From contig JAYEGE010000008.1 of NCBI GenBank assembly GCA_034658935.1, positions 3,400 through 67,399 of the forward strand: 64,000 bases of DNA. The letters are read 5' to 3'. This DNA comes from Patescibacteria group bacterium (GTDB lineage Bacteria > Patescibacteriota > Minisyncoccia > Phycocordibacterales > JACOZG01). Below the pieces are notes generated by a model. It was not told the DNA's origin. It was given only the letters and a program-made list of their open reading frames with translations, and did no database searches. The translations under genes were made by a program, and so were the position numbers. The first letter of the stretch is position 1. Every line of letters begins with the position of its first letter. Positions 17,877 through 25,910 of this stretch are shown here, piece by piece.

Positions 17877-19712
17877 ATGTCAACTGATAATATTAGGAAT
17901 TTTTCAATAATCGCTCATATCGATCACGGCAAGTCGACCTTGTCTGATCGGCTTTTAGAAGTGACAGAAACGGTGGAGAAACGGAAGATGAAAGATCAGG
18001 TGCTTGATCAAATGGATTTGGAGCGCGAGCGGGGGATTACCATTAAAATGCAGCCAGTGCGGATGGAGTACCATTCGCAGAATCAAGATTCAGGAATTAA
18101 GATTCAAGAATCGTACATCTTAAATCTCATCGACACTCCGGGGCATATCGATTTCTCTTACGAGGTTTCCCGGTCCTTGAGGGCGGTGGAGGGGGTGTTA
18201 CTTTTAGTTGATGCTACCCAGGGTGTCCAGGCTCAAACCTTCACTGTTCTTGAAATGGCCCGGGAGGCCGGCTTAGTTATCATCCCAGTGATTAATAAGA
18301 TTGACTTGCCGGTGGCTCAGGTGGAAGAGGTTAAGGAAGAAATTGTTGAATTGCTCGATTGCGATCCTGATTCAATTATCGCCGTATCTGGTAAGACGGG
18401 GGATGGTGCGCCCGAACTCCTAGAGGAGATTGTTAAGAAGATTCCCCCTCCCCAAAGCGAAGCGGTGTCAGGTAAGTCGGGCGTCAGGTCCCTTGTTTTT
18501 GACTCTGAGTTCTCGACTCACCAGGGGGTGATTGCTTATGTCCGAGTTATGGACGGCGAAATTAAGAAGGGCGACAAATTATCCTTTGTCGCTGGTGGAG
18601 AGAAATTCCCAGTGCTTGAGCTCGGCACCTTCCAGCCAGAGAAGCGTCCAGTTGATAAATTATCGGCCGGAGAAATTGGTTATCTAATGACCGGTATTCG
18701 CCAAGTTGGTCAGGCTAAAGTGGGGGACACTATCATTGATCCAACTCGCCCCCTGCCGGCCATTCCCGGCTATGTTGAACCCCGTCCAGTGGTCTGGGCC
18801 TCGGTTTACCCGGAGGGGCAAGACGATTTCAATAATCTCAAGCAGGCCCTAGAGCGTCTTCAGCTCTCTGACGCCTCACTGTCTTTTGCTGAGGAATCTT
18901 CTAACGCCTTGGGGCGCGGTTTCCGTTGTGGTTTCTTGGGTCTACTCCATCTAGAGATTATCACCGAGAGATTAAAAAGAGAATTTTCTTTGGAGCTAGT
19001 AATAGCTACGCCGACTATCGGCTACCGGATTAAAAATATGCGGACAGGTAAATCTGAATCTGTCTACTCGCCCCATCTTTTCCCCGATGCGTCATCTGCC
19101 GCGGAACAAGAGGTCCATGAGCCTTGGGTTTCGGCTAAAATTATTACTCCGCCGGAATATCTCAATGCCATCATCAAATTATTTAATGATCACGAGATCG
19201 CCCTGCTCTCGACTATCAACCTAAGTAGTAGTCGGGTGATGGTGGAGGTGGAAATGCCCTTGCGTGAATTGATGCGCAATTTCTTCGATAACCTAAAAAG
19301 CGTTTCCTCAGGCTTTGCCTCCTTCTCCTATCAATTGTCTGATGAACGTTTGGCCGATGTTACTCGTCTAGACATCTTGGTTAATAATCAGGTGGTGCCA
19401 GCTTTCTCGCGGGTGATCTCGCGGCGGCGGGCCCAGACTGAGGCCGAGGCGGCGGTAGAAAGATTGAGAAAGATTATGCCCAAACAACTCATCGTTGTTA
19501 AGCTCCAGGCTAAGGCCTTAGGTAGAATTTTGGCTGCTCGCTCTATTTCTGCTCTCCGCAAGGACGTTACTGGCTACCTATATGGTGGTGACGTTACTCG
19601 TAAGAAAAAGCTCCTGGAGAAGCAGAAGAAGGGTAAAAAGAAAATGCAGGCGCGAGGAAGCGTTAATATCCCGGCGTCTGTTTTCTTGAAGATGGTTTCT
19701 TCGGAGAAGTAG
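17877..19712 (+). CDS. lepA: elongation factor 4 (LepA)
   Basis: IRNFSIIAHIDHGKSTLSDRLLE G1 motif. Length 611 aa. Confidence 0.95.
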   Translation: MSTDNIRNFSIIAHIDHGKSTLSDRLLEVTETVEKRKMKDQVLDQMDLERERGITIKMQPVRMEYHSQNQDSGIKIQESYILNLIDTPGHIDFSYEVSRSLRAVEGVLLLVDATQGVQAQTFTVLEMAREAGLVIIPVINKIDLPVAQVEEVKEEIVELLDCDPDSIIAVSGKTGDGAPELLEEIVKKIPPPQSEAVSGKSGVRSLVFDSEFSTHQGVIAYVRVMDGEIKKGDKLSFVAGGEKFPVLELGTFQPEKRPVDKLSAGEIGYLMTGIRQVGQAKVGDTIIDPTRPLPAIPGYVEPRPVVWASVYPEGQDDFNNLKQALERLQLSDASLSFAEESSNALGRGFRCGFLGLLHLEIITERLKREFSLELVIATPTIGYRIKNMRTGKSESVYSPHLFPDASSAAEQEVHEPWVSAKIITPPEYLNAIIKLFNDHEIALLSTINLSSSRVMVEVEMPLRELMRNFFDNLKSVSSGFASFSYQLSDERLADVTRLDILVNNQVVPAFSRVISRRRAQTEAEAAVERLRKIMPKQLIVVKLQAKALGRILAARSISALRKDVTGYLYGGDVTRKKKLLEKQKKGKKKMQARGSVNIPASVFLKMVSSEK

Positions 19713-19715
19713 GGC

Positions 19716-19823
19716 CTAGAGAAGGGCTGGAATATAGAGCATAACCATGCCGATGATGGTCAGAGCGCCGATAATAATCCAGATTATTTGGAGGCCTTTC
19801 TTGTGTTTTTTATTCAGTAACAT
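19716..19823 (-). CDS. possible 35-aa single-TM small protein (MLLNKKHKKGLQIIWIIIGALTIIGMVMLYIPALL)
   Basis: Short ORF of my own translation from the reverse strand. No homology support. Confidence 0.25.
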   Translation of the reverse strand: MLLNKKHKKGLQIIWIIIGALTIIGMVMLYIPALL

Positions 19824-19844
19824 TAGGTTATAGTATAGCCGAGG

Positions 19845-20222
19845 ATGAGGAAATTTCAAACAAGGAATTGGGGCAGGCGGATAATCTACTCCAAGTGGGC
19901 AGTGGCCGTGTTAATCGTCCTCGTGCTTCTATTACTCCGCTCGGTTATCTTAACCTGGCAACGTGAGCGCTTGGCGGGAGATGGATTGACGGAGGTTAGG
20001 GAACAGGTGGCGGCTTTGGAGGTGCGTAAGGAGCAATTGGCTGCCGATTTGGCCTTGCTCGAAACTGAGCGCGGGGTAGAAGAACGCATCCGCCGTCAAT
20101 TTGCAGTTGCCAAGGAGGGGGAGAAGGTAATGACGGTGGTTTTGCCAGACCGCCCAGCAGATTCTGCTGCTCCCTCAGCCATTTTGCCCTGGTGGCAGCC
20201 GCTATTAGACTTGTTTGATTAA
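19845..20222 (+). CDS. FtsB/DivIC-like septum formation initiator (TM plus coiled coil)
   Basis: N-terminal TM helix followed by the coiled coil LEVRKEQLAADLALLETERGVEERIRRQFAVAKEGEKVMTV. Confidence 0.5.
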   Translation: MRKFQTRNWGRRIIYSKWAVAVLIVLVLLLLRSVILTWQRERLAGDGLTEVREQVAALEVRKEQLAADLALLETERGVEERIRRQFAVAKEGEKVMTVVLPDRPADSAAPSAILPWWQPLLDLFD

Positions 20223-20321
20223 GGTTAGAGTTTTTGTATGATTGCGGCGGGCCTTGCCTCGCCGTAGCCGCGAGGTAGATTTGGCGAAGCCCGACTTCGC
20301 TAGAGCTACGTCGTGGCGAAG

Positions 20322-20392
20322 GCGGGTATAGTTTAGTGGTAGAACACGACCTTCCCAAGGTTGAAACGGGGGTTCGATTCCCCCTACCCGCA
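20322..20392 (+). tRNA. tRNA-Gly (anticodon CCC)
   Basis: Manually folded cloverleaf: acceptor gcgggta/tacccgc, anticodon loop ttCCCaa, T-loop ggttcgattcc. No encoded CCA. Confidence 0.8.
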
Positions 20393-20477
20393 CTTTTGTT
20401 GAGAAAAGAAAAAGCCCCCCTGATCCGCTGTAGCGAATCGGGAGGGCGTCGAGGTTTAAGTGCCTCTGTGTCTGTGA

Positions 20478-20852
20478 AGGTTAGTCCCGCCTCTTCGGCG
20501 TACCCATACGTTTTCTACTGCTTCGATAGGGTGGCACTCAGTTACCTACGGCGATGGCCTCTTTGTAGCGGTGGCATATGATGGCACCAATAGCGCGATG
20601 ACTTCACCTGACGGCATTACTTGGACAGCTCGTGCGACCGCGGAAGTAAATTTTTGGTACAGTGTTACCTACGGCAATGGCACCTTCGTGGCAACGGCTG
20701 GTTCTGGCACCAACCGTGTCATGACCTCAGGAAAAGCCGATCTCTACGACAATCCACACGATAATATCTACCAAGGTGGTATGTCCATCATGGGCGGTAA
20801 CGTCGGCATGGGAACAACCACTGACATTCCACGAGGCTCAACCTCGTGGTAA
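20478..20852 (+). pseudogene. 5'-truncated fragment of a repeat protein (WxSVTYGNGxFVA tandem repeats)
   Basis: The open frame starts right after a stop, with no ATG or RBS. It contains GWHSVTYGDGLFVAVAYDG...ITWTARATAEVNFWYSVTYGNGTFVATAGSG. The ORF track gives it a GTG start at 20571. It sits between tRNA-Gly and the IS-like element. Confidence 0.4.
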
Positions 20853-21583
20853 GATAGGGTTATGTCTAGGCAGATTGAGTTCTCGGTTGACGAATTTTAT
20901 CATCTCTATAATCGCGGTAATGATAAACGCGATATTTTTTTAAGCTCGGCCGACAGGCGTCGCTTTACTGCTTTATTATATCTCTCCAACTCTTGCCACT
21001 CCTTCCACTTCGAGGAACTAAAAAATGCCCCATTTGATTTTGATCGTGGGGCGGCTCTGGTCGATATCGGGGCCTATTGTTTAATGACCAACCATTACCA
21101 CTTGTTAGTCCGAGAACGTCAAGAAAATGGTATCAGTCAATTTATGCATCGTCTGTCCACTGGCTACACCATGTATTTTAACAAGAGGTGGCAACGTCGC
21201 GGTTCGTTATTCGAAGGTCGTTTCCGCGCCAACCATGCCGGTGAGGACAGGTACCTTCATTATTTATTTGCCTATATTCATCTTAATCCGGTCAAAATGA
21301 TTCAAGCGGATTGGCGGGTGATTGGTTTGAAAGACAAAGCATCGGCCAAAGATTTTCTCGGCCAATATTTATACTCGAGTTATCAAGATTGTCTTGGTTT
21401 GAAGCGTGAGAGTGGCAAACTGCTTGCTCGAGAGGCTTTTCCTGACTATTTCTCCGAATCGAATGAGTTTGATAGTTTTTTATCTGATTGGTTGAATTAC
21501 CATGACCACGAGGTTGAGCCTCGTGGGGAGAGGGGGCTAAAGTGACTTGACCTTTTAAGATTCCACGAGGCTCAACCTCGTGG
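20829..21583 (+). mobile_element. IS200/IS605-like mini-element 1 (Y1/HUH transposase gene bounded by palindrome ccacgagg-ctcaa-cctcgtgg)
   Basis: Identical hairpins at 20829-20849 and 21563-21583, both within the direct repeat attccacgaggctcaacctcgtggt(a/t)aag. An inverted copy lies at 21506-21526. Total length 755 bp. Confidence 0.65.
20862..21545 (+). CDS. Y1 HUH transposase (IS200-like / RAYT-like)
   Basis: CLMTNHYHLLV (HUH motif) and YLFAYIHLNPVK (catalytic Tyr motif). Length 227 aa. Paralogous to 43120.. and 57321.. Confidence 0.7.
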   Translation: MSRQIEFSVDEFYHLYNRGNDKRDIFLSSADRRRFTALLYLSNSCHSFHFEELKNAPFDFDRGAALVDIGAYCLMTNHYHLLVRERQENGISQFMHRLSTGYTMYFNKRWQRRGSLFEGRFRANHAGEDRYLHYLFAYIHLNPVKMIQADWRVIGLKDKASAKDFLGQYLYSSYQDCLGLKRESGKLLAREAFPDYFSESNEFDSFLSDWLNYHDHEVEPRGERGLK

Positions 21584-21635
21584 TTAAGCTTGTCGGGCTT
21601 CCATTCCCGGCCAAAGATTAGTAGCATTTTAGTAA

Positions 21636-21923
21636 ATGGCTATTGATTTTATTAAAAAACAGGAGGATTTTACTTGTGAGCATTGTGGAGTGCTGGTGGA
21701 GGGAAGTGGTTATACTAATCATTGTCCTCATTGCCTATGGTCTAAGCATGTTGATATAAATCCCGGGGACAGGGCGGCTGATTGTGGTGGCTTGATGCCG
21801 CCTGTGGGCTATGAATCTGAAGATGGCACCTACACTCTGACTCATCGTTGCGAAACTTGTGGTCATGAGAAGCGTAATAAGGTGTCGTCGGGAGACGATC
21901 TCGCTCTGCTTGCCGGGCTATGA
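21636..21923 (+). CDS. small zinc-ribbon protein, RNHCP-domain-like
   Basis: CEHCGVLVEGSGYTNHCPHCLWSKHVD...CETCGH. The TNHCPHC motif and four Cys pairs support the call. Confidence 0.45.
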   Translation: MAIDFIKKQEDFTCEHCGVLVEGSGYTNHCPHCLWSKHVDINPGDRAADCGGLMPPVGYESEDGTYTLTHRCETCGHEKRNKVSSGDDLALLAGL

Positions 21924-21937
21924 TATGATTTTAGTCT

Positions 21938-22189
21938 ATGGCAAAACAAGTAACAATTTATAGTACTCCTGCCTGCGGCTATTGCCGCATGGCTAAGGAG
22001 TTTTTTAAAGAAGAAAATATCGAATATACCGAGTACGATGTTCAAGCCGACCCCAGTAAGGCTCAAGAGATGATTAAGAAATCGGGCCAGATGGGCGTGC
22101 CGGTAATCGTTGTTTCTGGGGAGGGGAGTGAGGAGCAGATGTTTGTTGGCTTCGATCGACAGGCTCTAAGCGAGGCGCTTGGTATATAG
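21938..22189 (+). CDS. glutaredoxin-like protein
   Basis: VTIYSTPACGYCRMAKEFF shows a CxxC thioredoxin fold. Length 83 aa. Confidence 0.75.
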   Translation: MAKQVTIYSTPACGYCRMAKEFFKEENIEYTEYDVQADPSKAQEMIKKSGQMGVPVIVVSGEGSEEQMFVGFDRQALSEALGI

Positions 22190-22224
22190 TTTATCCGCCC
22201 AAATGCGAAGCTTTTGGCAGGGCG

Positions 22225-22444
22225 GTTTGCTTGCCCTCGTAGCCCCGACGCCTTTGCATAGGGGTCGGGGTCCCGACTGAAGCAAGGCGAACGTCGGGAT
22301 TCAATGATAGACTTTGTGCGAAGTGGTTTGCTTGCCCTCGTAGCCCCGACGCCCTTGCATAGGGGTCGGGGTCCCGACTGAAGCAAGGCGAACGTCGGGA
22401 TTCAATGATAGACTTTGTGCGAAGTGGTTTGCTTGCCCTCGTAG
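22225..22444 (+). repeat. 101-bp tandem repeat (2.2 copies) whose 5' 18 bp equals the first 10 nt of tRNA-Arg plus its 8-nt leader
   Basis: Unit starts at 22225, 22326 and 22427, so the period is 101 bp. Each unit has two hairpins with cccgac/gtcggg stems. Confidence 0.8.
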
Positions 22445-22506
22445 TTCAATGGATAGAACGGCCCCCTCCTAAGGGGCAGATGCAGGTTCGACTCCTGCCG
22501 AGGGCA
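22435..22506 (+). tRNA. tRNA-Arg (anticodon CCT)
   Basis: Manual fold: acceptor gccctcg/cgagggc, anticodon loop ctCCTaa, T-loop ggttcgactcc. Confidence 0.8.
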
Positions 22507-22665
22507 AAAAATAAAAGAGACTTATGCGTATGTATGAGGCGACTGTTATTTTTTAGCCCTCGGCAGGAGTCGGGGTCGAGAGTACTTAGATTTTTGCGAA
22601 TGCCTGGAGTAAAAAGCTTAGTAACTCGTGACCGACTCCCCCTCCTCCACCCTATTTTATATACT

Positions 22666-22694
22666 TGACAAAAAGGCTAGTGTATGCTAGTATA
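22666..22694 (+). promoter_or_regulatory. possible promoter TTGACA-N17-TAGTAT
   Basis: Consensus -35. The -10 hexamer is weak. Confidence 0.3.
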
Positions 22695-22771
22695 CTAGCA
22701 GTTCTTCGAAATCGGCAATTGACTGCGGTTGATTGCCACTTTTACTCTTTTTTCCAGGGAGGAAAAATATC

Positions 22772-23458
22772 ATGTTGCCGAATCCTTTTCCGGTAGTGTT
22801 GGAGTTCGAGGTCGCAAGGAACGCGAACCACAGGGCAAGGGGGGCAAAGCAAATTGCCGCCTTTGGCCGCAATGGGGACAAATTTGTCTCTGATCGTGAC
22901 GGCAGACACCAGCCTCGTGCTGGTGAGACCTGGTTGTGTCGAGCGCACACCCAGATCGGGCGGATCAAGCGCCGGGGTCATCGAGACGGGCGTCTCATCC
23001 TCGTTGTCTTGGAGGCACGGTTGACGGCCAAGACCAAAACCCTCGTCTTCTCATACGATGAGGACGAGTGGGTGCGTCTCGGCGCGGTGAAGGATGATTG
23101 TTTTCATCGGATATCTGATGTCACGCCGCCTTTTTGGAGGCGCGCGGGCGAGTTTGTCTGCCGAGCGGTGCTTGACCTAGAAGGCTGTGGTGACGATGAA
23201 GAGCCCCAGCCTCGGCGTATTGGCTTCGACGAGGAGAATCGGCCGATCTTCCTCGTCGTCCCTGAACGCCCCTCAGAGGAGGAGGCCCGAATATTGTGGG
23301 CGGCTAGGGTGGCGAAGAGTAATGAGCCGCATCGGCAAGCTCGTCTGAGGGCAGTGAAGGATCGCATCCCCGTGGAGGACGCGGTAGCGAGGATTTGCCT
23401 CGGTGGCAGCCTCTTCAACGGAGTTATTACGGCAGGGCCCGAAACCAAATCAGCCTAA
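22772..23458 (+). CDS. GC-rich, Arg-rich orphan hypothetical protein
   Basis: ATG at 22772 has a GGGAGG RBS. No recognisable domain. GC content is clearly above the flanks. Confidence 0.4.
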   Translation: MLPNPFPVVLEFEVARNANHRARGAKQIAAFGRNGDKFVSDRDGRHQPRAGETWLCRAHTQIGRIKRRGHRDGRLILVVLEARLTAKTKTLVFSYDEDEWVRLGAVKDDCFHRISDVTPPFWRRAGEFVCRAVLDLEGCGDDEEPQPRRIGFDEENRPIFLVVPERPSEEEARILWAARVAKSNEPHRQARLRAVKDRIPVEDAVARICLGGSLFNGVITAGPETKSA

Positions 23459-23479
23459 AGGGGGTGATCGCATCTAGTG

Positions 23480-23535
23480 CCCCCGTGAGACCCCGTCTGT
23501 AAAAAGACGGATTATCTCACGGGGGTTTCTTTGCG
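23480..23535 (+). terminator. rho-independent terminator (nested hairpin cccccgtgaga...tctcacggggg followed by a T-run)
   Basis: Inverted repeat followed by TTTCTTTG. Confidence 0.55.
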
Positions 23536-23552
23536 TCTAATTTTGTTATAAG

Positions 23553-23849
23553 ATGAACCACATGAGTCCGGAGGAGAAGAAGTTGCTTGAAGAGGCAGTT
23601 GGTCTATCACGCGAAAATAATAAGATGCTCCATCGCTTGCAGAGTGCCATGCGTTGGGGTCGTTTCTATTCCATCCTTAAGTGGGTCATTATTGTCGGCT
23701 TCACTTTTGGAGTCTATTATTATCTCCAGCCGTATTTGATTGGCCTTATTGATGCCTACCAAGCCGTGTCAGAAGGATTAGATGAGGTTAGGGAGGCGGG
23801 GAGTAATCTACCCGACTTCTCTGGTTTGCTTGATAGATTCGGTCAATAA
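23553..23849 (+). CDS. small hypothetical membrane protein
   Basis: One TM helix (WVIIVGFTFGVYYYL). Confidence 0.4.
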   Translation: MNHMSPEEKKLLEEAVGLSRENNKMLHRLQSAMRWGRFYSILKWVIIVGFTFGVYYYLQPYLIGLIDAYQAVSEGLDEVREAGSNLPDFSGLLDRFGQ

Positions 23850-23862
23850 GTAACAAAGCCTC

Positions 23863-24126
23863 ATGGCCTATGTCTATATTCTTCGCTGCGATGGCAATCG
23901 TTATTATGTGGGCAGTGCAGTTGATTTACAAAAGAGGCTTAAACATCATGATAGAGGTCTAACTCCCTCGACAAAAAGATTAGGAAATTGCCACTTGGTT
24001 TTGTCTCAAGAGTACGAAACCTTGATTGATGCTAGATTAGTGGAGGGTAAAATTAAGAAGTTGAAAAGAAAAGATTACATCGCTAGAATGGTAAAAGATG
24101 GCGTAATCAAAGTAATGCCTCGGTAG
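23863..24126 (+). CDS. GIY-YIG nuclease family protein (small stand-alone)
   Basis: MAYVYILRCDGNRYYVGSAVDLQKRLKHHDRG shows the GIY-YIG motifs. Its 3' end overlaps tRNA-Phe by 10 nt. Confidence 0.75.
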   Translation: MAYVYILRCDGNRYYVGSAVDLQKRLKHHDRGLTPSTKRLGNCHLVLSQEYETLIDARLVEGKIKKLKRKDYIARMVKDGVIKVMPR

Positions 24127-24188
24127 CTCAGTGGTAGAGCGCCTGCCTGAAGAGCAGGGCGTCGGTGGTTCAATTCCGCCCCGAGGCA
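24117..24188 (+). tRNA. tRNA-Phe (anticodon GAA)
   Basis: Manual fold: acceptor gcctcgg/ccgaggc, anticodon loop ctGAAga (G37 is atypical for Phe), T-loop ggttcaattcc. Confidence 0.7.
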
Positions 24189-24189
24189 C

Positions 24190-24352
24190 ACTCGTACTTA
24201 CTTGGTAGCTTGTCCCGACCGGTTTGCGTGCGTCGGGAAGCGCCTGCCCCCGACGTTTCAGTCGGGGCGGAGCTGAAGAGCAGGGCGTCGGTGGTTCCCC
24301 GCCCGACACGCAAGACGAGCTTGCGAGTCGTTGCGGGCGGGAATTCCGCCCC
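24190..24352 (+). repeat. degenerate tRNA-Phe-like copy (anticodon arm through 3' end plus CCA) interrupted by three small GC-rich hairpins
   Basis: agcgcctgc[ccccgacgtttcagtcggggcggag]ctgaagagcagggcgtcggtggttc[44-nt hairpin]aattccgccccgaggcacca. The D-arm region is replaced by the hairpin tcccgac...gtcggga. Confidence 0.6.
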
Positions 24353-24466
24353 GAGGCACCACTTGTATCCCCGTCTTACTATTTACTTCTCAGCTATAGT
24401 TTGTTATAATCCTTTTAGTATTAGATGGTAGGTCTATGTCTCTTGGCAGGAATAGGGAGTTTAGTT

Positions 24467-24676
24467 ATGGCAGGAAATGAACAGCCAAAGAAAGACGGTG
24501 GAGTGCTTGGCAATGTTCAAGTGTTTAATCGGTTCACCCCCAGAGGTCCCGGTCCCGAAAGGCTTGAGTACGGCGTGCAACTTCTTCCTGATGGTGGGGT
24601 CGGCGTCTTTATCGGCGGAAATTTGGTCAGTAGAGATGATCTCCTAAAGATCGCCGGCGCGGTCGAAAGGTGCTGA
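24467..24676 (+). CDS. hypothetical small protein
   Basis: ORF only, with no support beyond its length. The ORF track starts it at 24425. Confidence 0.3.
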   Translation: MAGNEQPKKDGGVLGNVQVFNRFTPRGPGPERLEYGVQLLPDGGVGVFIGGNLVSRDDLLKIAGAVERC

Positions 24677-24700
24677 CTCACTATGTTTCCGGTGAGGCCA

Positions 24701-24731
24701 AAAAGGCGGCTATCGAAAGCCGCCTTTTTTG
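24701..24731. terminator. bidirectional rho-independent terminator (aaaaggcggct-atcgaa-agccgcctttttt)
   Basis: Hairpin flanked by an A-run and a T-run between convergent genes. Confidence 0.65.
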
Positions 24732-24744
24732 ATGTCCCAAGTTC

Positions 24745-25200
24745 TTAAAGTGACTTAACCTTCAAGCTCTGATTTTTCTGCTTATCTATTTTAGGCAAGC
24801 GGAGGGTTAAGAGGCCGTGTTTTTCGATGGCTTCGGCTTCCTCTACCTCGATTTCAGTTGGTAGGGAAATGGCGCGAGTGAAAGAGCCCCAATAGAGCTC
24901 TCGTTGAAAATAGTCTTCGGTATTTACCTCGCGAGTCACCTCTCGCCGCCCCCTGATAGTCACCATCTCACGAGTAATATTAACGTCAAGATCTTCTGGT
25001 TTTACTCCGGCCACCATTGCTCGAATGATGATCTCCGATGGCGTCTGGTAGACATCAACTGCCAGCTCTCCTTCTTCCTCGGCTTCATCCTTCCAGGTTG
25101 GTTGATCGGTGGTCTCCTCGCTCGAGATATCTAATTCCAGTTCATCTCCGTCTAGGGCGACACTGCCAGTTAGACGTTCAAAGAAAGATCTTTTTTTCAT
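24745..25200 (-). CDS. Hsp20/alpha-crystallin family small heat-shock protein
   Basis: The alpha-crystallin domain pattern (AVDVYQTPSEIIIRAMVAGVKPEDLDVNI...GLLTLRLPK) is present. Confidence 0.8.
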   Translation of the reverse strand: MKKRSFFERLTGSVALDGDELELDISSEETTDQPTWKDEAEEEGELAVDVYQTPSEIIIRAMVAGVKPEDLDVNITREMVTIRGRREVTREVNTEDYFQRELYWGSFTRAISLPTEIEVEEAEAIEKHGLLTLRLPKIDKQKNQSLKVKSL

Positions 25201-25202
25201 AA

Positions 25203-25910
25203 TTATTTTTTGTAAATGTGTTTAACTTTCTCAAAGAATAAGATAACCAAAACAGCGACTAGCCAAAGGATGAAAAAGATAGACAGGATCTGGCCTGTGT
25301 CACTAGAAATTATAAAGTAGTTGAAAATAGCGTGCAAGACGACGGCCGTTAATAAACCCCAAAAGAGATAGAGTCTTTTGCGTGCCGCTTGCCCGTAGAA
25401 GGCCAAGCCGATAAAGCCGCCGACCAGGGCCGAGGAGACAATGTGTACCAAGGTGGCGCCTAGGAAACGGAAATTACCAGTGAGAAGGAAGCTCATCCCG
25501 CCCATCGCTCCATCTTGCATAGCGCTCCAGATGAAGAGGCTATTTTCTAAAGCGGCGAAGCCGATTGCCCCAGTGATCATATAGACCATGGCGTCGACTG
25601 GCTCATCATAGGAGCGATTATGAAAGGCGACTAGATAGACAGCGCCAAATTTTAGTATTTCTTCGATGGCGGACCATATTAGGACCCCCCCGATTAACCA
25701 ACTTTGGTTGCCGAGATCAAAGGGGAAGTAGCCGTAGAGCCCCTTCTCTAGTAAGTAGGCCGGGATAACTGCTACTGCGCCGACGACAAAGACTAAAGCT
25801 AAAAGCCCGCGGGGCTCGGGGTGCCGCCTATCTTCTTTAAGCCAGAACCAAAGCCAAATCAAGGCTGGTAAGAGGCCGAGAATGGCGGCTGAGATTATTT
25901 GATTGGCCAT
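25203..25910 (-). CDS. PrsW-family intramembrane protease-like membrane protein
   Basis: Multi-TM protein with EEILKFGAVYL (the EExxK motif) and FAALENSLF (the FxxxE/N motif). Confidence 0.5.
   Translation of the reverse strand: MANQIISAAILGLLPALIWLWFWLKEDRRHPEPRGLLALVFVVGAVAVIPAYLLEKGLYGYFPFDLGNQSWLIGGVLIWSAIEEILKFGAVYLVAFHNRSYDEPVDAMVYMITGAIGFAALENSLFIWSAMQDGAMGGMSFLLTGNFRFLGATLVHIVSSALVGGFIGLAFYGQAARKRLYLFWGLLTAVVLHAIFNYFIISSDTGQILSIFFILWLVAVLVILFFEKVKHIYKK

Noticed and set aside
22687-23448. Minus-strand ORFs 22687..22968, 22742..22981 and 23104..23448 overlapping the GC-rich 22772..23458 gene
   Set aside because: They are shadow ORFs typical of GC-rich DNA. The plus-strand ORF has the RBS and terminator.
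24224-24431. ORFs 24165..24431 and 24224..24409 (+) and 24037..24309 (-)
   Set aside because: They lie across the tRNA-Phe and pseudo-tRNA hairpin region. Their GC-rich repeat structure explains the open frames.
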